Part shown: in pieces, positions 59,926 to 64,000 of the stretch | Layout: each line of letters begins with the position of its first letter | Numbering within the stretch: position 1 is the stretch's first letter | Origin: Octopus bimaculoides | Taxonomy: Eukaryota | NCBI RefSeq assembly: GCF_001194135.2 | Contig: NC_068988.1 | Location: forward strand, 12,864,274-12,928,273 | Reading direction: 5' to 3' | Length of the DNA stretch: 64,000 bases | Translations under genes and position numbers: made by a program | The notes under the pieces: model-generated | What the model was told of the DNA's origin: nothing | The model's database searches: none | What the model saw: only the letters and a program-made list of their open reading frames with translations

Positions 59926-61831
59926 GGTTTGTTATGTGGTTAGTTTTTAACAAAAGAGTTAAAAATAAAATTAGAGAAAAATATTACATCTGTAACCTAA
60001 AATAAATATGTTACTCCTCCACACCCACAAAACCCACTAAATCAGCCGCTACGTGGTCGCCTGGTCTGCTAGAAATAATAGTCACATTCCTCTGAAATTA
60101 CACTTTGTTATAAATGAACGATACATAGAAAGAGAAAGAATATAAGTGAGAAAAAACCTGCTAGAAATAACAGTCACGTTATTCTGAAACTACACTCAAC
60201 CATATCATAAGAGAAAGGATACGTTGGATAATGTAAGACTTGATACTTTGTCCGAAAATAAAATAGGATTACCATGGCCGGATGCTTTGATAATATATTT
60301 GTGTTAGATCAGAACGGACCTAGGTTGGAATTAATAAAACAACCACCACTCAGTTATTGGGGAGAGGAGTGGGGAAGAAATGGAAAGTTTTGACGTTTGC
60401 CTTTGTCAAGGCCATAAAGTCAAATGCACCAAGAAGCGAACCACTGAAAAATCTACTTGCACTCAGTTCTTTCAACCTCAATCTCTCCCTTCTTTCTCTC
60501 TAACAGATGTATACACACACACGTGTGTGTGTGTGTGTCTTTGAATTACAAGCATTTTTCTTTCATTTCTTTTAGTTAGATCATGTTTAAATGTTATATA
60601 CAATATCTATTCACTAATCAACTCTTTCTTTTGCTAGTCTATATTTTCCTTCCATGTTCTATTTTCTTTTCACTTCTTTGCACTGACGTAAAAACAGGTC
60701 TAACAACGATTTGAAAGCCAGGTTCATTTGGAGCAACTCTTGTTATATATTTCTTGATAATCGTCATGATGACGATAGTCGTAGTGCGGGTGGGGTGATG
60801 ATATGCAAAGAAACAAACATTGCGATAACAATGATTGCAGAAAATTAAACCTTCCATCTTGTAGGTACTCACTTAAAACAAAGATCGTTTTTATTTCAGT
60901 ACTTCTTTACAAAGTCATCGTGAATTTAGCTGCAGGTCAACCCTGGATCGAGCAGATCTATAATCAAAAACATTCCACTCATGATCGTACTCTATTTTTG
61001 TTTATCAGGAACAACTATATTACCCTATGCGTCCCTTTATTTTTAAGACGGCATGGTGGGTGTGATTTGAGTTAGATTTAGCTGCTATTTTTAGCATTTT
61101 CGGCGACTACGTAGAGGCTGTGTTGTTGGCTAGTTCTTTACAAAGTCTAAGTCTTCAGGAGGAGCACTTATAATGTCAGCGCCAAAAAGAGTGGCGGGAT
61201 GAGCAATTATTAAGACGGACATGCCGACTTAAATTAGTTCAACACATAGGTACGCACCACAGCAATTATACAAAAAAACCCCCCACTTCATATTCACACA
61301 AGCATACGCCTCTATTTTCTTAATTACATATATACACTCACGTGTACTTTCTCCTCGTTTGTTACTAAAAGAAAAAAAATTGGGCGACTTCTTTGCTTGC
61401 TAAAACAATTAAGTAATTTCCTAGTATAGAGTTGTACTGTGTCTGTATGTTTGACTATAATGTAACTCAACAACAGAAAAGTATATATACACACAATTCC
61501 AATGACAATTATGGCAATTATTTTCTTCCTGGGAATTACATGTTTTACAAACAGGCATCGTCAACTATCATTATATTTACAAGTAAATCCAAGCCTTAAA
61601 ATTAACGCTTATTTTAAATACAATTTATTACATTTCCTTTCCTTTAAAACTATGGGGAATAGGTCGAATGTAATTTCATTTGAGATTACAGACAAAAGAG
61701 AAAAAACACTTCCTTTTCAGAAAAAAAAAAAAATGAAGAGTTATCTCCCGAGGTTGTTTTTATGGTACACTGACAGCCTTTCAAATTTGATTTTATATAT
61801 ATATATATATATAAGGCATAACTACAGATTG

Positions 61832-62134
61832 CTGCCCCACGACTTTGTTTCTGTATAACTTTTTGAAAAACGCATATTTTTTAACGAAACTCTGCAGAGG
61901 TACGTTTTTGATGGTGTAGATTACGATTGTTCTATTGACAAAAAAAAATTCTCCGAAGGAATTTCGAGCCACTTTCTCCCAATTTGTTTGAAAATAACTT
62001 TCTTTAAAATCTGTTTTCAAATTACATTATACAGAAATACGCTTTCGTGAGGTGTAGATTACATATTATTGATGTTTAAACCATATATAAAAATGCTTGA
62101 GTTACGAAAATTAGTGGTAACAAAGTTGGGGCAG
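61832..62134. mobile_element. ~300-bp MITE
   Basis: TIRs ctgccccacgactttgtt and aacaaagttggggcag; internal direct repeat gtgtagattac occurs twice. Confidence 0.55.
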
Positions 62135-64000
62135 GAGAAGGGAAGAACGCACCGAAATTCTTCCAAAGAAATTTTTTTTTAAATAAATTTTACCAGCATG
62201 ATTGTAATCCACACTCTGGAAAACGTATCGCTGCAAAATCTTAAAGAATAATGTATTTTACAGACAGTTATAAGGAAACAAAATCGGTGAAGTGAGGGCA
62301 CCACCAGTCTGCAGATCTATCTGTCTCTCTGTCTTTATATAAACACACACATACATATATATACACAGATAAGTACGTATATACACATACGTGTGTATAT
62401 ACGTATTTTACATATATGTATATTCATATATCTATGTACATATATATGTATGCAAATACACACACACACACATATATATATGTGTGTGTTTGTGTATTCA
62501 CTTGTGGTTTTTAGTCGAAACAAAACAGCACTCAACTATATGAATATCATCTTTTACTTCATTCATTGGATTGTGGCCATGCTGGGGCACCACCGAAAAG
62601 GATTTAGGCAAATAAATCAACCCTAGTATTTATATTTCCTTAAAGTTTGGTACTTTTTCTGTCAGTCACTTTCGCCAAATCGCTACGTTACAGAGATGTA
62701 AACAAACCAACACCAGTTATCAAGCGGTGGGAAGGAAAAATACAAGCAAAATATACACGCCCACACACACTTACGCATGATCGGCTTCTTTTAGTTTCTG
62801 TTAACCAATTTCGTTCACAAGGCTTTGGTTGGTCTAAGGTTATAGAAGACACTTGCCCAAAGTAACAGACAGTGGTACTAAACCCAAAACTACGTTTTCA
62901 CTACCATCTTTATCTCTCCAGCCCCCCACCCCCACCCCCGATTACTCCTACCCACTCTTGTAAATGTGACTAGCCATGCAGCCACCCTACAGCCCCTGCT
63001 TTTATCTCTAACCTATTATCACCTGCCATAAAATTACCTCCCACTTTATTGTAGCTCCACTTGTTCAAAGTCGAAAGGGATCTTAATCTTGCAAGCTACA
63101 GGTTGACATGTTGGTGCCACAATAAAAGCACCCAGTACACTTTGTAAAGAAGTGGATGTTAGGAAGGGTATCCAGCTGTAGATAGCAGGTCAAAGCAGAC
63201 TTTGGAGTATGATGCAGGCCTTCAGTCCATCAGATCCTGTTAAACTGTCCAATCCATGCCAGTGGCATGTAAAAAGCATCAAGTACACTGTTAAGTGGTT
63301 AGCGCTAGGAAGGGCATCCAGCTGTAGAAACCATGCTAGCTCCATGTCAAACTATCTAACCCCTGCTAGCATGGAAAACAAATGTTAAAAGATGAAGATA
63401 ATAAATATATCATCATATATATGCTTATATACGTTATATAAGTTTTATTTATATATCATCATCATTTAACGTCTGTTTTTCATGCTGGCAGGGGTTAGAC
63501 AGTGTACTGGAACTGGATGCTTTTTACTTGCCACTGTCATGTATATATATATTCATATATCATGTCAAGCTAAGTAAAATCTTGGTCCCTGCATCCCTCT
63601 TCAGCTGACCAATCCTAATCTTTTGGGCTCATGGATGCTGGTGCCATGTCAAAAGCAACCATGCTGGTGTTGCATAAAGGCATCCAGTACATTCTGTGAA
63701 GTGGCTGGTGTTAGGAAGGACATCCAGCTGTAGAAATCATGCCAAACAGACATGGAATCCAGACATCTCTTCAACTGGCCAGTTCTTGCCAAACCATCCA
63801 ATGCATGCCAGCATGGAAAACGGAGGTAAAATGGTGATAATATACATGTATATATATATATATATATCATCATCAACATTTGATAGCTGTTTTCTATGCT
63901 GGCATGTATATACATACATACCTTTATTTGTGAATTAAGGTTACCATTGGTTTCATGTCAAGAAAAACAGAAAACTATCTGAATATCGTAACAATTTTTC

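Noticed and set aside
60840-60940. Possible plus-strand acceptors (ttccatcttgtag, tttttatttcag) as downstream exons of the antisense RNA
   Set aside because: The matching donors are weak and nothing else supports them; they cannot be told from chance without RNA data.

Overview
AT-rich animal genomic DNA, most likely octopus or another coleoid cephalopod (inferred from the tRNA-derived SINE and RTE families, long TA/CA microsatellites and 10-N scaffold gaps). The one host gene I can support is WAC (WW domain-containing adaptor with coiled-coil) on the minus strand. Its ATG is at 54328 (MVMHARKLPRLNDG, close to the human start MVMYARKQQRLSDG). Coding exons are at 54288-54328, 54055-54088, 22343-22502 and 6795-6946, plus a probable 36-nt microexon at 27280-27315. 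All splice phases are compatible, and the gene runs off the left edge before the WW domain. The promoter (YY1, CRE, ETS motifs) is at about 54.4-54.5 kb within a CpG-retaining domain. Most of the rest is intron or intergenic DNA filled with RTE and other LINE relics, a Gypsy relic, a pogo transposase relic, MITEs and SINEs. The leads most worth testing are: (1) a possible antisense transcript overlapping WAC exon 1, suggested by mirror-image YY1 motifs and a perfect plus-strand donor; (2) a weak/strong 5' splice-site pair on the 22.3-kb exon whose long form adds premature stops, plus other candidate poison exons, suggesting AS-NMD dosage control; (3) a type I hammerhead-ribozyme-like motif; (4) several long fold-back structures, including a near-identical inverted SINE duplicate beside exon 4, a 1.2-kb inverted repeat and a 141-nt hairpin. 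All of this was read by eye: no alignments, folding or database searches were run, and repeat boundaries are approximate.
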